Shown here one piece after another: positions 26,260 through 38,124 of a DNA stretch of 55,535 bases. The notes below the pieces were generated by a model. That model made no database searches, was not told the DNA's origin, and saw only the letters and a program-made list of their open reading frames with translations. The number at the start of each line of letters is the position of its first letter. Within the stretch, counting starts at the first letter, position 1. Both the position numbers and the translations under genes were made by a program. The stretch comes from Nemertoderma westbladi. Its lineage: Eukaryota > Animalia > Xenacoelomorpha. Location of the stretch: the NCBI GenBank assembly GCA_032718475.1, contig JAUCBJ010007020.1, forward strand, positions 1-55,535. Reading direction: 5' to 3'.

Positions 26260-26760
26260 GATATACCGGTATTTACGATAGGCTTATTATATATTTATAA
26301 ATTTGCGCTGAAATTATATACCGGTATTCTGTAATTAATTCTAGGCTGTAATTATACTTATATATACTATAAGTGTAAGCTGTATACCGGTATTCACGAT
26401 AGGCTTATTATATATTTATATATTTGCGCTGAAATTATATACCGGTATTCTGTAATTAATTCTAGTCCATAATTGTACTTATATATACTATAAGTGTAAG
26501 TTGTATACCGGTATTCACGATAGGCTTATTATATATTGCTATATATTTGCGCTGAAATAATATACCGGTATTCTGTGACAAACCTAGTCTGTAATAATTA
26601 TACTTATATATACTATAAGTGTAAGCTGTATACCGGTATTCACGATAGGCCTATTATATATTTATATATATTTGTGCTGAAATTATATACCGGTATTCTG
26701 TGACAAACCTAGTCTGTAATAATACTTATATATATACTATAAGTGTATACCGGTATTCTA
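26260..26760. repeat. About 125-bp tandem repeat (4 copies) in the retrotransposon leader
   Basis: Repeating tataccggtattcacgataggcttattatatattt...ttgcgctgaaattatataccggtattctgt...tacttatatatactataagtgtaag, with palindromic ATACCGGTAT motifs. Confidence 0.9.
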
Positions 26761-26892
26761 ATATATTGTATATATATCATGTTACATAGAGTAATGATAT
26801 CAGTAATTAATTACTAGGCTAACAGTGATACTGAATTACTAGACTTGCTTTAACTGTAATATAGCAGTAGGCATTCAACTGTACAAACAAAC

Positions 26893-29800
26893 ATGTCTGA
26901 CACAAAGCAAAACCTGTCAGACAGTCTCCTAGATACAACCATCTGTGACCCAGACAGGAGTGTGGAACGTGTGAGACCGAAGTTCAACTCACCTCCTACT
27001 GTAAGAAAGATCATCCCTCCAGTAGTAGTATCAGACCCTAGGCTAGTCCAACACCGTAGGTCTATCATAGGCACTCGAGCTCAGGTGAAGCGGGACCAAG
27101 AAGCAGCGGAACAGCAGCAACACTCGAGCCGAGAACTTATTTCTCAGCAGCCCGACAGCTCCAGTAGTGCGGATACTGTAGAGCTGAAACCCGAGCGCGG
27201 AGCAAGGATGGCAGATGCGGTTTATTCGGATCCCCTTCTCATCCTTCCTGCAGCCGTACTCACTAGGGTATTGATTGCGGTGGAGGAACACCAGATTGAT
27301 TGGGCGAGAAGTAAGCGATCGACCAAGGATAGTTATGCGGGATACACAAGGGAAGAACTGAAGTCTATTGTCGAGTCGCAATGGAAGTTCCCCGGACCCG
27401 GACTCCCGTTTGACTTATCGGAAGCTGCCTGGGAAGACATACACAGGATGGGAGTGACAAAAGAAACCAGCGATCCAGCTGTGTGGAAGAGGTCAGCAGC
27501 AGGATACGTACAGGGATTCTTCAGCTCTATGGAGCGATTAGAGGAACAACTGTTTCGACAACCCCAAGGACCTCAAGAGCAGGGAGAGCTGCTTTATCAA
27601 GTTAGAGAAAGAATTCTAAGAATCAGACTAATCTTATCGGCCTTTGAGGAGGCTTCGAAAAGAAGACAAGACACGTCGTTGCAAGTTGCCGTAAAAACTT
27701 GGTTTCAGCGGGTGAGTCTCAAAGTTCAAGGAACTGCCCCATGGAAATCTCAGTTGGCTGAGCGCTCAACCCATGGAGAATCAACAGACGCTACCTTTTC
27801 CCAAGTGGAAAGTGAAGTGACAGCAGAAAAACCGCATAAGAGGGATGCTATTGACATCTATCTGTCAGACTATCAACAATTTGTAGGTGATGAAGAGTTG
27901 AGGAGACGGCTGTCTGGACTTCGCCCTAATAGTGAAGGAGCCAAGCTTGTGTTGGACGCAATCGATGCGGATATGATAGCTGCGAACCAAGCTAAATTTG
28001 ATGAACGCCTCCGCATCGCTAGAGTCCAAGAAGAACAAGTAAAGAAAAAACGTATAGAAGACAGCAGCAGCGGCAGAAGTTGAAAGAAAAGCGGCAGCGG
28101 CAGCGGCAGCGGCAGCGGCAGCGGCAGCGGCAGAGGCAGAAGCGGAAAGAAAGGCGGTAGAAGTGGAAAGAAAGGCGGTAGAAGTGGAAAGAAAAGCGGC
28201 AGTGGCAGCGGCAGAAGCGGAAAGAAAAGCAGCAGAGGCAGTGGCAGAAGCAGAACGGAGAGCGTCTGAAGAGACCACCCAACTAGAGTTGGAAAATATT
28301 CAAGAGAATCAAGACTGCATAAATAAACAGTTAACAGCTAGTCAAATGCAGATGATGAGTCGATCTACTCCCAAAAGACAGGGATATACATCATCTGATG
28401 AAGGCGATACCACCGATCCTGAAGGCGGAGGAAATAGATCTTGTTTAAGCAGACGTAGAAGAATGTCCCACCGTCAGAAATTGCCTGATTTGCCCCCAGC
28501 TGTTAGAAGGCAACTAACTAACACAGACTTAGGTAGTACAGAACCTACAGACCAAATAATTAAAATAGAAAGACTCCCTACTATAGTAGATGAGCCTGAA
28601 ATAATTAGGCCTGTTCCCGAAGCCACCCCTTCGGTGATAGAGACACCTGTACTTCCAGAACCTACCTCTAAATTCCCTTTGCACAGTACTAAACTACCTG
28701 TGCCCAGTAGGACTGTTCACGAGTCCGAACCCGTCCTGGACGCCGAGCGAGATATCAAGAATTTATTGCCCGTCGTCTCTCGCTCGCCCGCTACTACGTT
28801 GGCGACTCCCGCTTCGGCGGTCGAGTGGGTAGCAGAGGGACGACGGGAGATGGGTCTCCTGCTCGGGCAGTTGAGGGAACACCGCAAGTGCTCCTCTCAG
28901 CAGGTCCGGGAGATGGAAGGAACTGTTCAGCAGTTCAAGGGCACAGTAAGGGAAAGTAGGTTAGAGTTGCAAGAGGTGCAGCAGAGTATCGCATTAGAAC
29001 GCGACAAATTAGTAAATACCCAAAGGGGTATACCATCAACCCCGGTAACAATGTGTCAACCTGTTAGGTCTGAAGTATTTCATGCGCAAGGTGTGGAGCC
29101 TACACGCATCTATACTGCTAGTGAAGTAGAAACTCCTGTAGTAAACCCTATTAAGGGTAATTATAAACCTGTTGACAATGATATTCCATATAGACAGGAT
29201 AATAATCCGAGAAATTTATATACCGATAACTCGATATTAAATAACACGATGGCCCAAGAAAGTTTTACACGTCAAATGGCTAGAACCGAAGCACGTCAAG
29301 CGGTAAAGGTGGGAGAGATCGTCAAGTTTAATGGAGATGAGATGAAATGGTTACCTTTTAATGAATATTACAAAGATAACATACAGAACTCTGTGCTATC
29401 TAATGGAGAGAAACTTAGATTCCTCATCGAGTGCTTGGAAGGATCTCCCAAGTTAATGGCGTTAAAGTTTATTGGACATCCAGATGGATTAAGACAAGTT
29501 TGGGATACACTAAACATCAGGTATGGTAATAGGAATAACATAGCTAGGTATTTGTATGCAAAATTGGTAGCCCCCCGAAAGTTCATTAGCAGCGGGATTA
29601 TAGAGTTTTCCGATGAAATTCAGGAGATCTGTAGACAATTAGATTGGCTAGGTAAGTCTCATGAATATCAGAGTTCTATGGTTATTGGAGCCGTGGCCTC
29701 TACTTTACCGAAGGGTGGAGTAGGTACACGCTGGGATAAGAAAGTGTTATATATGATGGAACAACAACGACGAGACCCTACCATGGCTGATCTCATGTCA

Positions 29801-32800
29801 TTCTTAGATGGAGAAGTGAAATTACAGCTCCTAAAGCAGTCCAGAGAGAAGACACCGGAAAACAAGGTAAGTGAGAAACCCGTTTCTAGAGAAAGGTAAC
29901 ACCAGTGTGTTATACCGACGACGGCGAAAGCCAGGCTTCTCAAGAAGAGGACAGCGGGAAAGACACTGAAAGATCTTATTATGTCAACAAAACGCCTAAA
30001 GACGCAAGTAAATTCAAGTCTCGAACCAATGACAGGAGAGAACAGGTAAGAAAAACTCCTCCTACGTCTCCTAAGAGAATTCAGGTAAGAAAGCCCGAAG
30101 AAAGAACGAGTGTGCACAACGTTACTCAAAATAAGGTAAGTAACATCAAACCGAAATGTGCGCTGTGTGACGGGCCTCACCGTTTGAATGTGTGTGATGA
30201 ATTCCTAAAGAAATCATTAAAGGATAGACGGGAAGTCATGTGGGATAAGCGGTTGTGTTATAATTGCCTCAGACAAGGACACCAACGGCGAACCTGTTAC
30301 TCCGACGCAAGGTGTGCGAAGTGCGGCGCAAAACATCATATTTTGTTGCACACTGAATTCGAACGAAACAGCCCGAGTCAGGTAAGTGAGTCCGAACTAC
30401 ATGTCCAATTCAGTGATGTGAGCGACACTAACCAAAGTTCTGAGATGGAAGGATTCTATACGGACGAATTCTCCGACGAAGACGAATCCTGTTATATGAT
30501 AAATACCGCATTGTATCGAGCACTTACGTATGAAAAGGACACCGACAGCGAGCTCCCCCTAACTACTTCTGACCGACAACCATCTTGGAAAGCACCAACT
30601 TCCAATGTAGGAATCCGAGAATTTCCCGTAGTGCAGTTGAGGGTCCACAGACCTAAAAGGAGTTATATAGTGAACGCCCTCCTTGACTCCGGTAGCACAG
30701 GAACATTCATCGACAAAGAACTAGCCGAAGACATCTTTGCTGGACAACCCAAGTTCCGAACTAAGTTAAACATGTCAGGAATTATGCAGGTTTGGAAATC
30801 TACAGTAATAGCGGATTATTATGTAGGTGCGTTGTCCACCCCCCAGGATGAACTAGGAGAACACAGCATAAGGTCAGCAAAAATGGTGGCGATAAAGAAC
30901 TTCGCTACCAGCCAAGTAGAACCTTATAACTGGGATGAGGACGATTTCACCCAGCAGCTTAATATACCTAGATTCAACACAGATTACCCTGGAGTGCAAA
31001 TACTCATCGGCCAAAATGCTCATGAGGCGCTTGAGACATTGGAGAAACGGCCTGCTCAACCGCAACCACTACAAGCCTACGCGGGAAGAACTAGAGTAGG
31101 TTGGTACTTTACTGGCCCTTCCCGTAGAACTCTCATGGAAAGGTTACCAAAAGAACGGGTATACCAAGTAAGTGAATGGGAAGCGGAGAGCAGTGAGGTA
31201 GACGACCCAACTGAGGGAACACCATACTCCTCAGATAATGACGATATCCACCAACTCTTCGACGAGGAGAATACCATCGATCTCCTTACGGAAAACGAGA
31301 CTTGGCAAAACCAAGTGAACCTATGTCAACTCATTCATCCATCAGGACAAGTCGACTATAACGACGAACTGAATGATGTAATAGAGCGCTATAACGCGAA
31401 GACTCGGGATGAACACGCCGTACGATTCTTTACTCAAGAGGCTGTAGAGCCCAATTCCTACGATAAGGCCCTATCGGTAGAAGAAGAAAGAGCCAAGCAG
31501 ATCCAGGAGACAACTACACGTTTTCTTAAAGATCAAGGTAGATATGAAATCGGTCTACCATTCCGAAAGCGAGAACCAAAATTCATAAACAACCGACCCT
31601 TGGCAGAGAAAAGAATTGCTCAACTACATCGACGCCTTACGGCAAATGCTTCAGCTAAAGAAATGTATCAGACTCAGTTGAAGAAATTTATTAACAAGGG
31701 ATATGCGTAGCGAGTACCGGAAGAAACACCCATAACTGAGAGAACGTACTATTTAACACATCATTACGTTCCCAAACCCGGTAAACCCCATGAAGTACGG
31801 GTAGTATTTGACGGCTCCGCCCTCTACATGGGCCAATCCCTTAATTCCGAGTTGTTACCAGGACCCAACTTACTCCAATCCTTGTTGGGAATACTCTTAA
31901 GATTACGACAATATTCAATCGCTTTCGCCTCCGATATAGAAGGCATGTTCTTACAAGTCAAGGCGCTGGATAGGGATCGAGACAGCTTACGATTTCTGTG
32001 GTGGCCGGAAGGAGACCTCAACCAGAAACCGGTGGAGTATTGGATGACCATCCAGGCTTTTGGGATCATCTCAAGCCCTTCAAACGCCTGTTCAGTGGTG
32101 CGCACCACTGCTGATGACAACCGGGACGCCTTCTCTAAAGAGGTGATCGACAACATCAAACGGGATATATACATGGACGACAATTTAAAGTCCCTTCCAT
32201 CGGTGGAAGAAGCCATTGATGTCGCCAAAGGAACGGTAGAGTGCTTAAAAAGAGGTGGATTTCGATTAACTAAATTCACCAGCAACTCCCGTGAGTTTCT
32301 GGAATCGATCCCGGTAGAAGATCGAGGAGCGAAAGATCTAGACCTAATCAAAGACGATCTTCCAGAAACCAAAACACTTGGTTTGAAATGGGACACAGAG
32401 AGAGATATCCTGTTTTTCCAGCTCAAACAGCGAGATAACCCAGTTCGGACTAAACGGATTTGTTTAAGTATCCTGAGCACTTATTTCGATCCATTGGGAT
32501 TTATTAGCCCAGTTATATTGATTGCTCGGAGTTTAGTACAACAAATGTGGCTTGAAAACCACTCATGGGACGATCCACTTAAGGGAGAACTATTAAAGAA
32601 GTGGATGAAATGGGAAGATTCTCTACCAGCCATCGAGAACTTTATAATTTCCCGTTCATATTTTGGTCATGTTCTCCCTACGTATTCCTATCAACTCCAT
32701 GTGTTTGGAGACGCCAGCGATATGGGAATAGGTATAGTAGCCTACCTGAGAGTTGAAACTCCGGATGGAATCAAGGTTGCCTTGGTTACCTCTAAGGCCT

Positions 32801-35055
32801 TGATAAACAACAAGTTGAAAGTTCCTCGAGCGGAGTTAAAAGCGGCTCTATACGCTACAGCCATCGGCCGGAATGTAACAGAACAGATCGACTATCCACT
32901 GGAGAAAACTGTCTATTGGACCGATGCTTTACTCGTGTTGGAGTATATAACCAATGAAGTCTGTCAGTTCAGCGTCTTCGTTACTAACAGAGTAGCCATT
33001 ATACTTAGTCGCACGAAGATGGATCAATGGAGACATTGCCCCGGAACGATTAATCCAGCAGACATCGCCTCCAGGGGAGCAACTCCACAAGAACTGATAG
33101 ATACTCCAGACTGGTTAGGTGGACCCGACTTCCTAAGCAAAGAAGAGGATGAATGGCCTCCTCATCTTACTACGGCGGAGATTAGACAGGCCAAGGGAGC
33201 GGAGAAAGTCAAACCTAAAACTCGGGCGAGTAAATCGAAGTTATTTAAACCCGTGGTAGATCTGTCTGTACTACACACTTCCGGAGATGACGCTTTGGAT
33301 CCGAAACCCACAGCCACAAATAAGTCTGTTGTGGAAATCAGAGAGAGGGATTGGAAATCTGGAATACCAGACGTCTCGCAAGGACTCTCACCTCTCCTGC
33401 AGAGAGCGATATATCACTACAGTTCCTGGAATCGGCTCTGTAAGGGCGTTACATATTTAAAGCGATGTTTTCATCATCACTACTCCAGGACGAAGACCAA
33501 TAGTGATACCGCTCCACTGACATCTGTGCAGGTCCATGTTGTTAAAGATCTTCCCAAATATAAGATATCCGACAGGTTTCTGAAGGAGAAGATCAGTTAT
33601 CAGGAGCATGAAGAAACCAATAAGCAGATGCTGAGACTCCTGCAATGCTATGAGGATTCCGATAAGTATTTCCTGTTGTTGAGAAATCCACAGATGCGCT
33701 TAAGGGATCGTTTCTCTAGCACAATGATAGATGGGTTAATACGTGTTGGAGGAAGATTAACTAATGCTCCATTATCCTTTGACACTAAGTTTCCCATACT
33801 CATTAGAAATCTTGAAATACAAATCAAGATGATTGTAGATGTTCACAGCAAACTTTATCATGCTGGTAGAGAACGAGTTCTTAGCGAAATTCGAACTCGC
33901 TATTATTTTTATAAACCCCGTAGAGCTCTGAACCAAGTTCTTAGGAACTGCATACCCTGTAGGAAAGCATTCAGTAGGCCTTTAACACAGCGAGAGGCAG
34001 AATTACCTAGGGAACGAGTAAGCTTCTATGAACCACCCTTTACTAATACCGGTGTAGATTTATTTGGCCCTATTGAAGTATATCGTGCTAGGACTATAGT
34101 CAAGAGATGGTGTGTCATCTTTGTTTGTATGACTTGTAGAGCTATCCATCTCGATATGGTGAACGATTTATCTACCAACAGCTTCCTATTGAGCTTACGC
34201 CGACAGATCGCTCGCTTTGGAACTAGTAACACGATGAGATCTGATAAGGGAACGAACTTCATTGGTGCCAACAATGAAATCAAGGCTTACGTCAAAGATT
34301 GGAACCAAAGACAGGTGGACGATCAGCTAAGGGTAACAGCGTCTAGCTGGACCTTCAACGCCGCCGACGCCCCTTGGTGGGGAGGAAGTTGGGAGAGATT
34401 AATCAGGAGCGTGAAGACCGCATTTCACTTTATAGTGCCGTGCCGCGCGTATCTCACCGACGAACTTTTGCGGACGTTAATGGAGGAAATCGCCGCCTAT
34501 CTCAACGAGAGACCGCTTATGCCAGTCTCATCGAGTCCCGATTCCCTGGAAGCGCTAACACCCGCGCACTTCCTACTGAAGAAACCTGTAGCCATGCTCC
34601 CACGATCGGAAATCACAGACGGAGACGAATACTGCCGGCAAACTTGGCAACTTATGCAGTTGTTATCCCGTCGTTTCGCTGACCATTTCGAAAAACATTA
34701 TCTGCCCACGCTACAACTTCGAACTAAGTGGTTTGCGCAGCAAGAAAACGTCAGCGCTGGAGACATGGTCCTTATTGTGGATTCAGATCTTCCACGTAAG
34801 CGGTGGCAGACAGGTCGTATCATCGAGACTCACATCTCGGACGATGGTTTGGTGCGATCGGTAGAACTCGTTGTCATGCGACGTAACTTTAAGAAACCGG
34901 GAATTGTCTTCGAGACACAGCAGCTCAATCGCCCAGTTGGCCGTTTATGTTTACTGGAAAGAGACCGAGAACTCTCCGGAAACTATGGAAGGCGAGATAC
35001 TCTTCCCACGACCACCTCCCTGATCCAACAAACATCTAGGGACTCCCCAACGTAA
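26893..35055 (+). pseudogene. BEL/Pao gag-pol polyprotein (about 2,720 codons) interrupted by two frameshifts (near 28058 and 29893) and an in-frame TAG (31708-10)
   Basis: Gag core KFNGDEMKW...; three Cys/His knuckles CALCDGPHRLNVC, CYNCLRQGHQRRTC, CAKCGAKHHILLH (about 30157-30352); protease ALLDSGS; RT YLTHH..RVVFDGS, SLNSELLPGPNL, YMDD; RNase H FGDAS, YWTDA; integrase H-H-C-C, DLFGP, SDKGTNF, GGSWERLI. Confidence 0.93.
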
Positions 35056-35604
35056 CAGCGTCTGGAGTGGGTGTGTGACTATATTATTTCATATATTCTT
35101 ATTATTTTATATTTATGTATGTATTATTATGTAATTTTATTATAATCGTTTTCTTTAATTTTATTTAGTAGAATGTTATTTTAGCGATTATTTAGTAGAT
35201 TACTGCAATATATTAGTGTTTATTACTTAATTACTTATGTATTATATATTTAGAGCGACGGCGAGAAATAATTCTTTTTCTCTTTCCTTACTGTCCGTAT
35301 TACATTACAAATACGTAACTACAGTAAGATGAAATATCTGTACTTATTAAAGTACAATAAAGCTCCTACTATATTCAAGTATTATTGGTAAAGTAGAGTA
35401 TTATGAATGCAAAATTCAGATCCTCGTGTCTCGGCTAAACCAAGCTCTGGGTAGACCTTGGAAATGACTTGCCTCTTCTCACTGACATTGCTTCTTGAGA
35501 TATTGCTCTCATACCGTATATTAAATAATACATATAGTAGCGTGATGTCCCTTTAACAGTAGCGTACAACGCAAATAAATCTGTTAAACCCTTTGACCAT
35601 CTGT

Positions 35605-35903
35605 AATTCTAGTCGATTAAGATATCGCGGCACCCACCGATATACTTGAAAGACAAAATTCTAGAATCAGTGGTTAACGTCCCCAGACAAGTTCTGGAAT
35701 AAACTGGTGCCCATCCTAAATATTAACTATTAATATTTATAAAATCTGTCAAATTTTAGATCCTTTAAAATTCTAGTCTATTAAGATATCGTAGCACTTA
35801 CCGATATTCTTAAAAAGACCAAATTCCTAGAATCAAGGATCCTAGTCCCCAGACATGTTCTGGAATAAAATTGTGTCTATTTAATATTAAATAATAAAAT
35901 TTA
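35605..35903 (+). repeat. Diverged direct duplication (about 164-bp spacing) with conserved hairpins and a possible pseudoknot
   Basis: 35605-35740 versus 35769-35903. Stems ATTCTAG/CTAGAAT, TTAAG/CTT(G/A)A, ATATCG/CGATAT and CCAGA/TCTGG are conserved. Confidence 0.65.
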
Positions 35904-36688
35904 CGGGAATAAATTTAAATTCATCTTTTAATGAATTTGATAAATTGTCATTTTTATACAATTTATAACATTCCCAAAATTCCATAAATTAATAGATCAT
36001 GGGAGCGGAGATTCACCCTATTAAGTATATTAGTGTGCGAGAATCTCCAATATATAGTCAATAGCGGATAAAATTCATAAAATCATGTATAAAGAGGAAT
36101 ATTGACAATTAAAGAATTACTATTAAATAGCATCCCAGATCTGTATGCATGAGAATTACCCTAATTCTACTGCTAGCTTTCCATAATGTCACCATGGCAA
36201 CAACCACGCTAGAATTAGAAGTGAGTTAAAAGAACAAAAAAGGCTTGCCCCATTGAATAGCATAAGGAATAAATAGCACACTGCTAGTATCCAAGGATAC
36301 CTAATAATAACGTGGCATTCTGGAAGGCACTTGACTAACGGACAAATGGCCCGAATGTGTGTGGTTTGTGACAGTTGTGTGGAATTTGTGCGTTTATAGG
36401 TGAATGTTACTACTAAAGTGTGTTTACAGTAGCGAGTCGCAATTGTGAAAGTAGCCCTAACTCTCCAGTAAGAACCTGAAGTAAATCTAAGCCTTTGGGA
36501 CGGACGGTGGAGTGACTCGCGCTGGTTGTTGTGGTCGTTGTGCAGCTACTACGTTGGCGACAGGCACATCGGCGAAAATACACCAGCGCTGAGGATCTTG
36601 CGCTGTCCGGGGGCCGAGAGGGGTAGGCAGCGATGCCCGCTAGCCTAATTATAACTAATTATAATATTGATAAACTCATATAGCAGCT

Positions 36689-38098
36689 ATGACTCAGTTG
36701 ATAGAAGATGATCTTGGTATCAGGGAGAAATATACTCTACCGTTGCAAGCGTTTGTTGATAGCTTGATACGCAGCGACGCTAGTCCAACTACTACGGAGG
36801 ACGATGGTCTTTATATCGAACCGCCGATGTCCAGGAGCAACTTACGCGTGAATTGGACTATCGAACATTCACTGCTCGCTATACGCATCGTAATGGTACG
36901 CATATGGACTTCTTAACTACTGGTCATCCTATCGATTTACACGATACGGACGATGTAGACACCGAAAGGGAAATGGTACTATTTAAATATCCTACCCAGC
37001 GGAGTCGGAACGATAAACTGAAAACGAATGCGAAAATTCTATTCGAAATCGAATCGGAAGAGAAGACGTTAAAGAACCGGATAAACGCGGTAACTCCAAC
37101 GTATATTTGGAATTCTTGAGAGAAACATTGTAAAACCAAATAAATATCACCCGTGTTTCCCCTACAAGACGTGCGTCTTTGGTATTATTGCGATGAATGC
37201 CCAAGACCCAACCAACAAACGGAAAGACATAAACATCCGCGGAGACGTTGCTTTAAATACGGTTTTACTCGCTATATTTACGGGAGTTTCGAGCGAAACT
37301 TGTTCAATGTATCACCTACGCTCATTCGATTCAAACTATCCTTGAATAAACCTATGATCAGAGTTCCGGAATACTCGGTCAGACCTCCTCATTCCCTAGT
37401 TAGACTTCAGACTCTTGATCCTAATAGTATCACGGATCCTCCTGAATTGTACTCACTGTTCAAAGATCTAGTGTTACCCAAACAATTAGTCGGTGGCACT
37501 CCGGTTGTGGGCTCCCTAAATATTCACCCATCTTGCCTAGCCGGATTGGGACGCGGACATCTAATATCGTCATTCAACCGTATCATCGTCCCGGTTTAAC
37601 CCGATACAACCTGTCACCAAGGCGGAGGAGAGAGTTGTACGAAACGTGTTGGACACTATTCGTCAAAAGATCGTAAAAGGAACCTATAATTGTTTAGAGA
37701 AACGTAAATTGCAGCAGCAAGTCAAAGCGGTAAACGAATTAGCTTTATCTCAGTTCGATCAGGAAATCCAGAATCTCTAAGAGGATATCGAGCTTGGACG
37801 ACCCTATTCTCTGCAAGAGTTTTTGGACAAACGCATCCAACGATAAGCGGAGGAAAATCAGCTCGAGGAGAAGCATATCGAAATGGACGAGACATCGACC
37901 ATAACCCTAAACCTTCCGATGCAATTGTATTGCACCCTTTACCCAGGAGTTATAGCCCTCCTAGTAAAGTGGCTCGCCCCAAAGAGAAAAGGACTCTTGC
38001 TAGCCTCAAAAAACTGCGTAAACGCCGTCCGCGCAAGAAAAACTAACTGTTTAGAGTATTTTTATATTTTAGAAACTGTGATTTTTTATATTTTATAG
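36689..38098 (+). pseudogene. Decayed additional ORF of unknown function between pol and the 3' LTR
   Basis: ORF pieces 36689-, 36784-37119 and 37153-37599 (the latter two in the same frame), plus a protein-like frame from about 37601 (PIQPVTKAEERVVRNVLDTIRQKIVKG...EEKHIEMDETST), can be joined across about 2 frameshifts and 4 stops. Contains a CDEC...HKH...C cluster. Confidence 0.5.
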
Positions 38099-38124
38099 AA
38101 TTAAATCCCATTTTCTGGGAGCGG

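Noticed and set aside
36689-38098. Calling the extra ORF an env gene
   Set aside because: No clear signal peptide, furin site plus fusion peptide, or convincing transmembrane anchor.
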